A model generated the notes under the pieces. It saw only the letters and a list, made by a program, of their open reading frames with translations. It did not search any database and was not told the origin of the DNA. Shown one piece after another: positions 50,369 through 60,766 of a stretch of DNA of 64,000 nt; the first letter of the stretch is position 1, and each line of letters starts with the position of its first letter. A program made the translations under genes and the position numbers. The DNA is from Gemmatimonadales bacterium (GTDB taxonomy: Bacteria; Gemmatimonadota; Gemmatimonadetes; Gemmatimonadales; GWC2-71-9), in the NCBI GenBank assembly GCA_035309945.1, contig DATGEQ010000106.1, positions 143,503 to 207,502 of the forward strand, read 5' to 3'.

Positions 50369-52764
50369 CGGGGCCGCTCCGGCAGCGGCTGCAGCTTGGT
50401 TTCGGTGTTGCGGAAGATCGCCTGCGAAATCTGCTGCGCGCGCGGGGCCAGCGGGCTGTTCGTCGCCTGCAGCTCCTGCGCCATCGTGTAGTACGTCAAT
50501 CCGTACAGCGACAGGATGCCCTCGGACGGTTTGTCGACCCAGCCGAGCGGGCGCGCGCGCGCCGCGGCGTCGGCGTGGTACACGTCGAACAGCAGCTTGG
50601 TCGTGCGCGGCACGTTCACGTAGCCCAGCGACTGGATGCCCTTGATGCTGTCGGAGGGGGTCAGCGCTTTCTCGCGCAGCACGCGCGCGAAGCCCTGGCC
50701 CTCGAGGTGGTTCGTGAACCCGAACTGGTCGGCGTAGAGTCCCACCGTGCGGGAGAAGTACACCGGCCGCTTGCCGAGCTGATCCTTGATCACCTGCAGC
50801 ACGATGACGTCGGCGCGCTCGACGTAGGGCCGGCCGAGCATCTGCGGATCGAGCGTCACGCGGATCGTGTCGGCGCCGCTGCCGAGCTTCACTTCGCGCT
50901 TGGAGTCGAGCTCGTAGTACTGCTGCAACGCATCGAGCTGCTGATCGCTGAAGCTCATCAGTCTTCCCGTCGGCATCGGCCACTGCCGGCCGCGATAGAT
51001 CGCCGGCGCGTGCGCCGAATCGAACGGCACGAGCGGCCGGCGCTGCAGCTGGCGCACGTACCAATCGGTGTTCGCGAGCGACAGATTGACGATGGTCACG
51101 TCCTGGCGAATGTGCTCGACCTCCTGCGCATACCAGAGCGGGAACGTGTCGTTGTCGCCCGCCGTGACGAGTACGCCGTACGGCTCGACCGATTGCAGCA
51201 GATCCGCGGCGAAGTCGCGCGCCAGCGTCTCGCCTTTCCGGGATGCCGCCAGATGATTTCCGAAAAACGGAATCAGGGCGAGGGCGAGCAAAGGTGTGCC
51301 GTACACCCAGCGCCGCGTCTCGCTCGGCTGGCGCTCGCGGAAGAGATCGCCGACCCCCTCGATCGCCCAGGCGAGTCCCATCGCGACCCAGATGCCCCAC
51401 AGCGCGAACGACACCATGAAGAAGTAGTCGCGCTCGCGCACCTCGTGCGCCGAGATCTGCTGCTCGGCGTGGAGCGAGAAGCCGTATTTGAAATTGAGAT
51501 AGAAGATCAGCGCGAAGGTGAACGTGAACATCAGGACCGTCATTGCCAGCGCGCGGCGGCGGTCGGCGCGCCAGTGCCGGATGGCGCCGAAGATGCCCAG
51601 GCCGCCGAACACCACGGCCAGCACGCGCTGCACGCGCTCGGGCCAGTCGCGCGCGAACTGCCAGCTGAAGTACTGCAGGTAATTGCCGATCTGCGCGATG
51701 TAGAGCGCGGCCGTATGGCCGGAGTTGCCGAACCCGGGCGCCTGCGTGGGATTGTCCATGATCGACGGCTTGCCGTACTGCACGCGGAAGATGACGTCCC
51801 ACAGCGCATGCCAGTTCGTCGGCTCGCCTTCGTTGATCGGCGGATAGAACGCGGCGCGGATCGGCAAGAAGGTGTAGACGGAAAGTCCTACGACGGTCAC
51901 GAGCAGCGCGGTGAGCGCGAAGCCGGGATTCTCCGCGATGATCGCGAACGTCAGCGCAGCCACGAACACCACCCCCGCCGCCGCTATCCAGCCCCAGTGC
52001 TCGAGCCCCAGCGACAAGAGCAGCGCCCACACGCCGACGAACACCAGGAACTGCGACCACTCGATCGTGCGGTCGCGATCCGACATCGGCCGGTTCGTCT
52101 TGAGCGGGGGATAGAGCAGGATCAGCACGACCGGGCCAACCAGCACGCCCATCATGTGGTTGGTCGCGGTCAGCGCGAGCAGATAGATGATCAGCAGCAG
52201 ATAGTGATCGTGCGCGTCGCCGGCCGGCTGATCGTCCCAGCGCACGATCAACCACAGGATCAGCGCGATCGACAGCAGGCTCAGCGTGTAGACCTTCTCG
52301 TTGACGACCGACTGGTTCCACACGGTGAACATCGTCGCCGAGACGAGCGCGCCCGCGAGCGCCGCGAGGCGGCGCGGCCACACGGCCGGCACGAACGACG
52401 CAAGCCAGCGTTCGGCGACGAGGAACCAGCAGCCGGCGGAGACCGCGCTCGTCACGGCCGCGAACAGATTGATCCGCGCCGCGTAGCCGCTCAGCAGCGG
52501 CAGCATGCCGAACACGTGGGCGACCAGGACGAACAGCGGATTGCCGGGCGGGTGCGGGATGCCGAGTGTGTACGCGGCCGCGATGTACTCGGACGTGTCC
52601 CAGAATTGCGTCGTCGGAGCCAACGTGAGGACGTACAAGATCAACGCACCGATCGAAACGCCCGCGGCCATACCATACGGCGGCCTCACGGCGCCTGACT
52701 GCGCCGCAGGTGCGGATGCGACATCAGCGCGCGCGCCCGAGCTCCGAGAATACGTGGTCGTCAT
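50365..52764 (-). CDS. DUF2723-type polytopic membrane protein (GT-C-like), paralog B
   Basis: TLAPTTQFWDTSEYIAAAYTLGIPHPPGNPLFVLVAHVFG with many transmembrane segments. 799 aa. Confidence 0.75.
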   Translation of the reverse strand: MTTTYSRSSGARADVASAPAAQSGAVRPPYGMAAGVSIGALILYVLTLAPTTQFWDTSEYIAAAYTLGIPHPPGNPLFVLVAHVFGMLPLLSGYAARINLFAAVTSAVSAGCWFLVAERWLASFVPAVWPRRLAALAGALVSATMFTVWNQSVVNEKVYTLSLLSIALILWLIVRWDDQPAGDAHDHYLLLIIYLLALTATNHMMGVLVGPVVLILLYPPLKTNRPMSDRDRTIEWSQFLVFVGVWALLLSLGLEHWGWIAAAGVVFVAALTFAIIAENPGFALTALLVTVVGLSVYTFLPIRAAFYPPINEGEPTNWHALWDVIFRVQYGKPSIMDNPTQAPGFGNSGHTAALYIAQIGNYLQYFSWQFARDWPERVQRVLAVVFGGLGIFGAIRHWRADRRRALAMTVLMFTFTFALIFYLNFKYGFSLHAEQQISAHEVRERDYFFMVSFALWGIWVAMGLAWAIEGVGDLFRERQPSETRRWVYGTPLLALALIPFFGNHLAASRKGETLARDFAADLLQSVEPYGVLVTAGDNDTFPLWYAQEVEHIRQDVTIVNLSLANTDWYVRQLQRRPLVPFDSAHAPAIYRGRQWPMPTGRLMSFSDQQLDALQQYYELDSKREVKLGSGADTIRVTLDPQMLGRPYVERADVIVLQVIKDQLGKRPVYFSRTVGLYADQFGFTNHLEGQGFARVLREKALTPSDSIKGIQSLGYVNVPRTTKLLFDVYHADAAARARPLGWVDKPSEGILSLYGLTYYTMAQELQATNSPLAPRAQQISQAIFRNTETKLQPLPERPR

Positions 52765-52793
52765 AGGCCCAATAATCTAGTGATGGAACCGGC

Positions 52794-54992
52794 TCAGTCG
52801 CCGCCGGCCGTGATGCGGCCGTAGGTCGTGTTGGCAAGGATTGCGTCGCGCATGTGGGCGGCCTGCGCCGCGAGGGCCGGCGCGGCGGCCTTGAGCACCG
52901 CTTCGAGCGTGTCGTACATGAACGCGTAGCCGAACAGGCTGTTCTGCGACGGCGCGTCGACCCAACCGCGCGCGCGGTGCCGCGCCGCCGCCTTCCCGCC
53001 CTCATACACGTTGAACGCGAGCGTCTGTGTGCGCGGAATGTTGACGAAGCCGCCACCCCGGACGGCTTTGATGCTGTCGCTCGCGACCACCGGCGCGGGT
53101 TCCAGGCGCCGGACGAGCCCTTCCTCCACCAGATACGGCGCGAGGCCGAGCTGATCCGGGTACGAGCCCGTGGAGGTCGAGAAATAGATTGGCCGGCGGC
53201 CGATCTCGTCTTTGATGATCTGCAACACGACCAGATCGGAGCGGTCGAGATAGGGCCGGCCCATCACGCGCGGATCGAACGTCATCTCGATCGGCCCGAC
53301 TTTGCCGGCCATCGCGCGCTCGAGCAGGACGTACTCGGGCAGCGTATCCCTCGCCGTCAGATAGTAATGGCTCATCCACGGCGCCGTCGGATACGGCCAG
53401 GCCTTGCCGCGCTGCCACGCGACCGCCTGCGTCGTGTCGAAGCGCGCCGCAGGTCGCTGCTGCAGCTGCGACAAGTACCAGTTGAGGTTCGCGAGCGACA
53501 GCACCATCACGCTCACGTCGCGGCGGATGCCTTCGACTTCTTGCGCGTGCCAGAGCGGGAAGGTGTCGTTGTCGCCGCTCGTGATCACGATGGCGTACGG
53601 GTCGACCGATCGCAGGATGTCGCGGGCGTAATCGCGAGCGAGCGTCTCGCCGGCGCGCGACGCCGTGAGGTGATTGCCGATGAGCGGGATCAGCGCGAGC
53701 AGGAACACCGGCGCCGCAAACCGCCATCCGCGGCGCGCGAGCGGGGGTGCCTGCGCGAGCGTCGCGAGCCCCATGCCGATCCAGACCGCGAACGCCGCGA
53801 ACGACGCGATGAAGAAGTAATCGCGCTCGCGCACCTCGTGCTCGAGACTCGCGCCCGCGGGCTCCGTGAAGCGCTGCGAGTAGCCCCACTTGAAGTTGAG
53901 ATAGAAGACGAGCGCAAACGTCAGCGTCGTCATGAGGACGATCATCATCACGGCGCCGCGGCGATCGGCGCGCCACTGGCGCCGCGCGCCCGCGAGGCCG
54001 ATGAAAGCGAACACGACCGTCAGGATCAGCTGCACGCCCAGCGACCAGTCGTGCCCGAACTGCCAGGAGAAATACTGCACGTAGTTCAGGAGCTGCTGCC
54101 CGTACAGGATCGGCGTGTGGCCGGGGTTCTCGGGGCCGGGCGGATACATCGGGTTGGCGAAGACGGATGGCTTGCCGAACTGCTCGCGCGTCATGACGGC
54201 ACGGAAGGCCGGCCAGGTGGTCGCGCCGCCCTGGTTCATATAGGGATCGAGATGCGCGCGCACCGGGATGAACAGATTGACGCTGAGCCCGACGACGGCG
54301 ACCAGCACGGCGGCGGCGAGGAAGCGCGGGCGGGTCAGCGCGCGCCAATCCGTCATGATCACGTACGCGAGCACCGCGGGTCCCGCGAGCAGGCCCATCA
54401 GGTGGTTCGTGGCGCTGAGCGCGAGCAGATAGACGATCAGCACCACGAAATTGTCGCGGCGGCTGGCGGAGGGCTGGTCGCCCCAGTGCAGCGTGAGCCA
54501 GAGGACGAGCGCGATGGAGAGCACGCTGAGCGTGTAGACCTTCTCGTTCGCCACCGACTGATTCCAGACGGTGAACACCGTCGCGCCGACGAGCGCACCC
54601 GCGACGGCCGCGACGCGCCGCCACGTTATGTTCGCCACGATCGAGCGAAGCATGCGCTCGCCGATCAGGAACCAGAGGCCCGCCGTGACGGCGCTCGTCA
54701 CCGCCGCGAGGATGTTGATGCGCTTGCCGTAGTCGGCGGCGAGCGGCAACAGCCCCCACACGTGCGCAACAAGAATGAAAAAGGGATTGCCGGGCGCATG
54801 CGGGATGCCGAGGGCGTGCGTGGCCGCGATGTACTCCGAGGCGTCCCAGAACTGCGTCGTTGGGGCGAGCGTGAGGATGTAAAGGATCAGGGCGCCGAGC
54901 GAAACGCCCGCGGCCCACACCAGCGGCGCCTGTTCCGCGCCCAACTGCGCGGCAGGTGACTCTTCAAAATTCGTGCGGGGGACCGTTGTCAT
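52794..54992 (-). CDS. DUF2723-type polytopic membrane protein (GT-C-like), paralog A
   Basis: TLAPTTQFWDASEYIAATHALGIPHAPGNPFFILVAHVWG. 732 aa and colinear with paralog B. Confidence 0.75.
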   Translation of the reverse strand: MTTVPRTNFEESPAAQLGAEQAPLVWAAGVSLGALILYILTLAPTTQFWDASEYIAATHALGIPHAPGNPFFILVAHVWGLLPLAADYGKRINILAAVTSAVTAGLWFLIGERMLRSIVANITWRRVAAVAGALVGATVFTVWNQSVANEKVYTLSVLSIALVLWLTLHWGDQPSASRRDNFVVLIVYLLALSATNHLMGLLAGPAVLAYVIMTDWRALTRPRFLAAAVLVAVVGLSVNLFIPVRAHLDPYMNQGGATTWPAFRAVMTREQFGKPSVFANPMYPPGPENPGHTPILYGQQLLNYVQYFSWQFGHDWSLGVQLILTVVFAFIGLAGARRQWRADRRGAVMMIVLMTTLTFALVFYLNFKWGYSQRFTEPAGASLEHEVRERDYFFIASFAAFAVWIGMGLATLAQAPPLARRGWRFAAPVFLLALIPLIGNHLTASRAGETLARDYARDILRSVDPYAIVITSGDNDTFPLWHAQEVEGIRRDVSVMVLSLANLNWYLSQLQQRPAARFDTTQAVAWQRGKAWPYPTAPWMSHYYLTARDTLPEYVLLERAMAGKVGPIEMTFDPRVMGRPYLDRSDLVVLQIIKDEIGRRPIYFSTSTGSYPDQLGLAPYLVEEGLVRRLEPAPVVASDSIKAVRGGGFVNIPRTQTLAFNVYEGGKAAARHRARGWVDAPSQNSLFGYAFMYDTLEAVLKAAAPALAAQAAHMRDAILANTTYGRITAGGD

Positions 54993-55004
54993 AGGTCGGG
55001 TAAT

Positions 55005-56549
55005 CTAGTGACGGAATTGCCGCATACCGGTCAGGATCATGGCAATGTCGTGTTCGTCCGCGGCCGCGATGACTTCGGCGTCCTTGACCGAGCCGCCGGG
55101 CTGAATGATCGCCGCCACGCCGGCGGCCGCGGCTTCGTCCACGCCGTCGCGGAAGGGGAAGAACGCGTCGCTGGCGAGCACCGCGCCGCGCGGGTCGTGG
55201 CCCTGCTGCCTGGATTTATGCGCGGCCAGAAACGACGAATCCACGCGACTCATTTGGCCGGCGCCGATCCCGATCGCCGCTTCGTCTTTGACCAGGATGA
55301 TGGCGTTCGACTTGATCGAGCCGACGGCGGCCCAGGCGAACCGCAGGTCGTTCCATTGCGCATCGCTGGGACGGCGCGTCGTGGCGATCCGCCACGTCGA
55401 TTCGTCGGCCACGTCCTTGTAGCGAAAGCGATCCTGCGCCAGAAACCCGCCGCGCACCCGCTTGAAGTCGAGCGTCGGTTGATCGTCCCACCGGGGCAGC
55501 TCGATCACGCGCAAGTTCTTCTTCTCTTTGAACACCGCCAGCGCGTCGGCGTCGACGCGCGGCGCGACGACGACCTCCACGAACAGCTCGCGCATCGCGT
55601 CCGCCGCCGCGCGGTCCACCACGGTGTTGAACGCGATCACCGACCCGAACGCCGACGTGCGATCGGTCGCGAGCGCCCGCGCGTACGCGTCGGCGGCGTT
55701 GCGCCCGAGCGCGATACCGCACGGCGTCGTGTGCTTGATGATGACGCAGGCGGCGCGCGCGTCCTTGTTCTGCCACGGCGTTATCGCCATCATCGCCGCA
55801 TCGACGTCGAGGAGGTTGTTGAACGACAGCTCCTTGCCGTGGAGCTGCTGCATGTTGCGAATGCCCCCCCCAGCTTCATCGGTCACGTACAGCGCGGCGC
55901 GTTGGTGCGGGTTCTCACCGTAGCGGAGCGTCTGCTGTCGCTCGAGCACGAGACTCAGCTTGGGCGGCAGCGTCTCCTGCGAGCGCGAGAGGTAGGCGAG
56001 GATCGCGGCGTCGTAGGCGGCGGTATGCGCAAAGACTTTGGCGGCGAGCGCCTGCCGCTCGTTCGCGGCTACCCCGCCGTCCTTGAGTCGCGTGATGATC
56101 GAGGGATAGTCGTCCGGATCGACGACCACGATCACCGATTGATGGTTCTTCGCGGCGGAGCGAAGCATCGACGGGCCGCCGATATCGATCTGCTCGATCG
56201 CCTGCGCGAATGTCGTCTCCGGCTTCGCGACGGTTTCGCGAAACGGATAGAGATTGACGGCGACGAGATCGATCGGCGCGATACCGTGCTGCTGCATCGC
56301 GGCGACGTCGCCTGGATGGTTTCTTCTTGCCAACAGCCCTCCATGGACTTTCGGATGCAATGTCTTGACTCGGCCATCCATCATTTCCGGAAATCCGGTC
56401 ATCTGCTCGACGAGCACGACCGAAATTCCCTCGCGCTTCAAGGCTTCGGCGGTGCCGCCCGTCGACACGATTTCCCAGCCGAGCGCGACCAGCTGGCGCG
56501 CGAAATCGACGATACCGCGTTTGTCCGAAACGGAGATGAGCGCTCTCAT
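55005..56549 (-). CDS. purH: bifunctional AICAR formyltransferase / IMP cyclohydrolase
   Basis: [16 protein letters not shown]...G.EI.STGGTA..L...GI.V..V...[16 protein letters not shown] and a C-terminal ..IIQPGGS.KD. Confidence 0.95.
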   Translation of the reverse strand: MRALISVSDKRGIVDFARQLVALGWEIVSTGGTAEALKREGISVVLVEQMTGFPEMMDGRVKTLHPKVHGGLLARRNHPGDVAAMQQHGIAPIDLVAVNLYPFRETVAKPETTFAQAIEQIDIGGPSMLRSAAKNHQSVIVVVDPDDYPSIITRLKDGGVAANERQALAAKVFAHTAAYDAAILAYLSRSQETLPPKLSLVLERQQTLRYGENPHQRAALYVTDEAGGGIRNMQQLHGKELSFNNLLDVDAAMMAITPWQNKDARAACVIIKHTTPCGIALGRNAADAYARALATDRTSAFGSVIAFNTVVDRAAADAMRELFVEVVVAPRVDADALAVFKEKKNLRVIELPRWDDQPTLDFKRVRGGFLAQDRFRYKDVADESTWRIATTRRPSDAQWNDLRFAWAAVGSIKSNAIILVKDEAAIGIGAGQMSRVDSSFLAAHKSRQQGHDPRGAVLASDAFFPFRDGVDEAAAAGVAAIIQPGGSVKDAEVIAAADEHDIAMILTGMRQFRH

Positions 56550-57124
56550 GCAATCCTTCTCGCAAGTTCCAGAACCACCCGCGGCAACACGCGATGCTCC
56601 GCCTCCAAGACCCGGGCCGCAAGCGTTTCGGGCGTGTCGTCGGGCTGCACCGGCACCTTCTCCTGGGCGATGATCGGCCCCCGGTCGAATTCTTCATCGA
56701 CGAAATGCACCGTCACGCCCGATTCCCGCGCGCCACTCGCCAGCACGGCGGCGTGCACGTGATGGCCGTACATGCCGGGCCCGCCAAAGTCGGGCAACAG
56801 CGCGGGATGGATGTTGATCATGCGGCCGCGAAAATGCGAGACCACCGCCCGCGGCACCAGCTTCAGGTAGCCGGCCAACACGACCAGCTGCGCGTCGCCC
56901 AGGGCGTCGAGCAGCTCCGCCCCATTCGCGGGGTCGCGCAACACGGTTGCCGGTACGCCGGCTCGGCGCGCGCGCTCGAGCGCGCCGGCGCCGGGCCGGT
57001 TCGAGATCACGCGCGCGACGCGCGCGTCAGGAGAATGCTGGAGCGTGTCGAGGAGGGCCTGCAGGTTCGTGCCGCCGCCCGAAACCAGCACGGCGACACG
57101 AACCGGACCCTCCCGGCGGGTCAC
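56546..57124 (-). CDS. purN: phosphoribosylglycinamide formyltransferase
   Basis: VAVLVSGGGTNLQALLD, ...VVLAGY.K.V and INIHPALLP motifs. The GTG start overlaps the upstream stop. Confidence 0.9.
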   Translation of the reverse strand: MTRREGPVRVAVLVSGGGTNLQALLDTLQHSPDARVARVISNRPGAGALERARRAGVPATVLRDPANGAELLDALGDAQLVVLAGYLKLVPRAVVSHFRGRMINIHPALLPDFGGPGMYGHHVHAAVLASGARESGVTVHFVDEEFDRGPIIAQEKVPVQPDDTPETLAARVLEAEHRVLPRVVLELARRIA

Positions 57125-58812
57125 TGATTGCTGCGACTACAACGCGCGACCGACTTCGGCTTCGACCCGCTGGTGACGCTGAGCGTGAACGCGCCGGTCG
57201 CGTAATGACCGACCGTGTTCACGTCGATCTCGTAGTCGCCCGTCTGCGGGAACGTGGCGGTGAGACGAGCGTTGCAGTTGCCGCCCGAGTCGTCGTCCTG
57301 AAAATCGCGCCCACCCGCGATCCCCGGCCCCCGCAGGAACAGATAGGCGTCGAACGCATCGGACTCGAGATCGATGGTGATCGTCTGGCCCGCGACGCCA
57401 TGAATCGTCCACGGCTGCGCGTACGTGCTGTCGTGCGTGAGCAACACGTCGCTCGCGGTCAGCTCGCCCTGCTGCGTCTGACCCACGTCGATGCTGTGCG
57501 CCGAGCCACCTCCACTCCCACCCGCCGTGCTGGGCGCGCTCTGCGACCGGCAGTCGGCGCTGGCCGCGCTGCCTTCCTGCACCGGCTTCGAGCCCTGCGT
57601 GATGGAGAGTGAGAAGTGGCCCGTTTGCCGTTTGGGCGTCGACGTCGTGTTGACCAGAATCCGGTACGGTCCGGCGCTCGGGAAGACGCGCGACACGCGG
57701 GAATAGCAGCCCGGCCCGCCGTCGTCGTCGATGATCGAGCGATCGAGATCGTCGCCGCGAATGATGAGCAGCGGGTCGAACTCGTCGGCGGCGAGGTCGA
57801 TCGTGATCGGCTGCCCCGGGATCGCCGTGAACTGATACATCTTGAAATAGGTCGTGTCGGGGTAGAGCGAATCGCTGCTCGTCAGCTCGCCGTTGATCGT
57901 CTCACCGACGCGGATCGTCTGGATCCCCTGACTCCCGCCCGTCGATTGCGTGCTGACGTTGCTCACCTGCTGCAGCGTCTGCGTGTTGCTCGCGAGGTTA
58001 TTCGTGAAGCGGCAGTTGCCCTTGGTCTCGACGTTCGATTGGCCTTCGGTCACGCGGAGCGTGAACCGGCCGGTCTGGCGCCGCGGCCGCGATGCCGTGT
58101 TCACGATGACGCGGAGCGGATGATCGTCGGTCGCGGTGTACACGAGCCGCGCGTTGCAGCCGCCGCCGCCGTCGTCGTTGTCGACCAGCTTGTCGCCCCG
58201 GCCTTTGGTCAGGAGCAGGTAGGCGTCGAAGTCGTCCGAGATGAGATCGACCGTGAACGCCTGGTTTGCGCGCACGGGCAGAATCCAGCGCTCGAAATAC
58301 GTGGAATCACCCGAGAACTCCGGATCGTCGGACGTCAGGTTGCCGGTGATCGTCTGGCCGACCTCGATCAATCCGGCGACGCGACCGAAGCCCTTGCACA
58401 CGGTGTCCGCCGGCGCCGCCTCGCGCCCGCGCGACAACGTGAGCTTGTAGTCGCCCAGCTCCGCCTGCGCGCTCGAGTTGGCGTAGAGCCGGTAGTTGCC
58501 GGTCGCCGGCGGGACGAACATGAGGCGGGCGTTGCACTGGCCGCCGCCGTCGTCGTTGCGGGCGAGCGAATTGCCCGCCGCATCGGCGATCAAGAGATTC
58601 GCGTCGAAGTCGTCCGAGCTGAGGTCGGCCGTGAGGGTATCGCCCTTGTTGCCGACAAAGGCGTACAGCTTGTAGCGCGACCCGTCCGAGAACTTCTGAT
58701 CGGTCTGGGTCAGACGGCCGGTCACGACCTGGCCGACGCGGATGGGGACCTGGGCGACGAGCGCCGGAGCAACAACGGTGGTGAGCGCTGACAGCATGAA
58801 GACTGCGCGCAC
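57121..58812 (-). CDS. secreted protein with four tandem pre-peptidase C-terminal (PPC)-like domains
   Basis: GTG 58812 with a GGAG SD gives signal VRAVFMLSALTTVVAPALVAQ. It contains four repeats of about 120-140 aa: (I/V).VGQ...G.L...D........Y......G....I.L.SD.FDAYL.L......DDD.GG..CNARL. Confidence 0.7.
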   Translation of the reverse strand: MRAVFMLSALTTVVAPALVAQVPIRVGQVVTGRLTQTDQKFSDGSRYKLYAFVGNKGDTLTADLSSDDFDANLLIADAAGNSLARNDDGGGQCNARLMFVPPATGNYRLYANSSAQAELGDYKLTLSRGREAAPADTVCKGFGRVAGLIEVGQTITGNLTSDDPEFSGDSTYFERWILPVRANQAFTVDLISDDFDAYLLLTKGRGDKLVDNDDGGGGCNARLVYTATDDHPLRVIVNTASRPRRQTGRFTLRVTEGQSNVETKGNCRFTNNLASNTQTLQQVSNVSTQSTGGSQGIQTIRVGETINGELTSSDSLYPDTTYFKMYQFTAIPGQPITIDLAADEFDPLLIIRGDDLDRSIIDDDGGPGCYSRVSRVFPSAGPYRILVNTTSTPKRQTGHFSLSITQGSKPVQEGSAASADCRSQSAPSTAGGSGGGSAHSIDVGQTQQGELTASDVLLTHDSTYAQPWTIHGVAGQTITIDLESDAFDAYLFLRGPGIAGGRDFQDDDSGGNCNARLTATFPQTGDYEIDVNTVGHYATGAFTLSVTSGSKPKSVARCSRSNQ

Positions 58813-58858
58813 GGAAAGCTCCTTTTGGGCGACGGGGAATTGCGGTGGCCGGGCTAAT

Positions 58859-59410
58859 TTATGATTTGCCATCGAGCCGCACAATTTCCGCGACCGCTTC
58901 CGGCAAGTCCGCGACCACGGTCACACCGAGCGCCCGGGCCTGCCCTTGATGAAGATTGCCTTCCCCCGTTGCGACCAGAATCGCCCGGCCCCCCAGTGGC
59001 GCGGCCGGCTGCACGTCGGTCAGACGATCGCCCACCCACCACGATTGCGCGGCATCCAGGTCCAACGCGCTCATGGCTTCATAAAAGAGCTTCAGCCCGG
59101 GTTTGCGACACTCGCACGGCCCGCTGAAGCGCGGATGATGCGGGCAGAAATAGGCCCCATCCAGATGCGCGCCATGCGCTTCCAGCAGCTCGCTCAGCCG
59201 CCGCTGGACCGCCGTATACTCGGCCACCGTGTAGAGACCGCGCGCGATTCCCGATTGGTTGCTGACGACAACGACGAGGAAGCCATGATCGTTGAGCTGT
59301 TTGATCGCCTGAGCCGCGCCGGGTAACAGCTTGACCTTGCCGGGTTCGTGCACGAAGCCGGAATCTTCGATGATCGTGCCGTCGCGATCCAGGAAAACGG
59401 CCTTGGCCAT
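58859..59410 (-). CDS. gmhB: D-glycero-beta-D-manno-heptose-1,7-bisphosphate 7-phosphatase (HAD-IIIA)
   Basis: VFLDRDGTI, VVSNQSGIARG, CPHHP.....C.CRKP and VGDR..D motifs. Confidence 0.85.
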   Translation of the reverse strand: MAKAVFLDRDGTIIEDSGFVHEPGKVKLLPGAAQAIKQLNDHGFLVVVVSNQSGIARGLYTVAEYTAVQRRLSELLEAHGAHLDGAYFCPHHPRFSGPCECRKPGLKLFYEAMSALDLDAAQSWWVGDRLTDVQPAAPLGGRAILVATGEGNLHQGQARALGVTVVADLPEAVAEIVRLDGKS

Positions 59411-59416
59411 CAGCCT

Positions 59417-60766
59417 TCAGCCGACTGCTTTCAGCGCGGCAATGACGGTATCCACCTGCCCGGGGAAGATCGTTCGCGCATCGAGCAGCACGCGGCTTCC
59501 CGCCACGCGAGCGATGATTGGCGGATCGTACGAGCGCAGCTTCTGGAGATAGGAGTCAGGAGCCGGGACCTGGAGCCCGACGAGCCAGGTCGGCAGCTTT
59601 GCGCCCGGAAACGATCCACCACCAACTTCCGAATCGCCCTGCACCAGCTGCGCCGTTTCGCGCAGTTGCGCGCCGTTGAGAATCGCGTCCGCTCGTTCCT
59701 TGATGATGGCGAGAGGCTCAGTGAGCATTCGGAGCACCGGAATTTTCTGAAGTGCGGTATCCTCGTCGCGATACAAGGCCAGTGTCGCCTCCAGCGCGGC
59801 CAGCGTGAGCTTGTCGGCGCGCACGGCGCGGGCGATCGGATCGCTGCGACATGCCGCGATCGCCGCCGCGCTTCCGGCGAGTATCCCGGCCTGCGGTCCG
59901 CCGAGCAGCTTGTCGCCGCTGAAGACGACGAGATCGGCGCCGGCCGCGATGCCCTCGGCAACGGTCGGCTCGCCGCTCAATCCCCAGTCGGACAGGTTCA
60001 GCATCAGGCCGCTGCCTAAGTCGTACACGCACGCGAGCCCCCGTCCGTGCGCCATCTCCGCGAGCTCGACGACCGCAACGTCGGTCGTGAACCCTGTCAC
60101 CTGAAAGTTCGAGCGATGAACCTTGAGCAGAATCTTGGAGCTTGGCGTCAGGGCGCGCTCATAGTCCTGCGGATGCGTGCGATTGGTGGTCCCGACTTCG
60201 ACGAGCTTCGCGCCCGAGCGCGCCATCACGTCGGGGATGCGGAACGATCCGCCGATTTCCACCAGCTCGCCACGCGACACCACGGCATCGCCGCCGCGCC
60301 CCAGAGCGCTCAGCGCCAGCAGCAGTCCACCGGCCGCATTGTTCACGACCAGCGCATCGGGCGCGCCCGTCAGCTCCACTAGCAGGTCGCGGCAGTGCGC
60401 GTGGCGCGAGCCGCGCGCGCCGCGCCCGAGATCGTATTCCAGCGCCGAGTAGCCGCTTGCGACCTGCGTGAGCGCGGCGATCGCCGCGTCGGCGAGCGGC
60501 GCGCGGCCGAGGTTCGTGTGCAGCACCACGCCGGTCGCGTTGATCACCGGCGCGAGCGACGCCTCGGCGAGCCGCGCCACCGCTGCGCGCACCGCGGCGT
60601 CCCATCCCTCCGCGGGCGCGGCGCCACCTTGCGCGCGCGCGCCATCCACGGCGGCCCGCGCCGCCTTCACGACCAGCGCCCGCGGATGCTCGGCAAGCAA
60701 GGCCGCCACTCCAGGCCCCGCGAGCAGCGACTCGACCGATGGCAGACCGCGTCTCGGATCGCTCAT
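59417..60766 (-). CDS. selA: L-seryl-tRNA(Sec) selenium transferase
   Basis: LPSV..LL......, VINATGVVLHTNLGRAPL and FSGDKLLGGPQAGI (PLP Lys) are SelA hallmarks. Confidence 0.85.
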   Translation of the reverse strand: MSDPRRGLPSVESLLAGPGVAALLAEHPRALVVKAARAAVDGARAQGGAAPAEGWDAAVRAAVARLAEASLAPVINATGVVLHTNLGRAPLADAAIAALTQVASGYSALEYDLGRGARGSRHAHCRDLLVELTGAPDALVVNNAAGGLLLALSALGRGGDAVVSRGELVEIGGSFRIPDVMARSGAKLVEVGTTNRTHPQDYERALTPSSKILLKVHRSNFQVTGFTTDVAVVELAEMAHGRGLACVYDLGSGLMLNLSDWGLSGEPTVAEGIAAGADLVVFSGDKLLGGPQAGILAGSAAAIAACRSDPIARAVRADKLTLAALEATLALYRDEDTALQKIPVLRMLTEPLAIIKERADAILNGAQLRETAQLVQGDSEVGGGSFPGAKLPTWLVGLQVPAPDSYLQKLRSYDPPIIARVAGSRVLLDARTIFPGQVDTVIAALKAVG

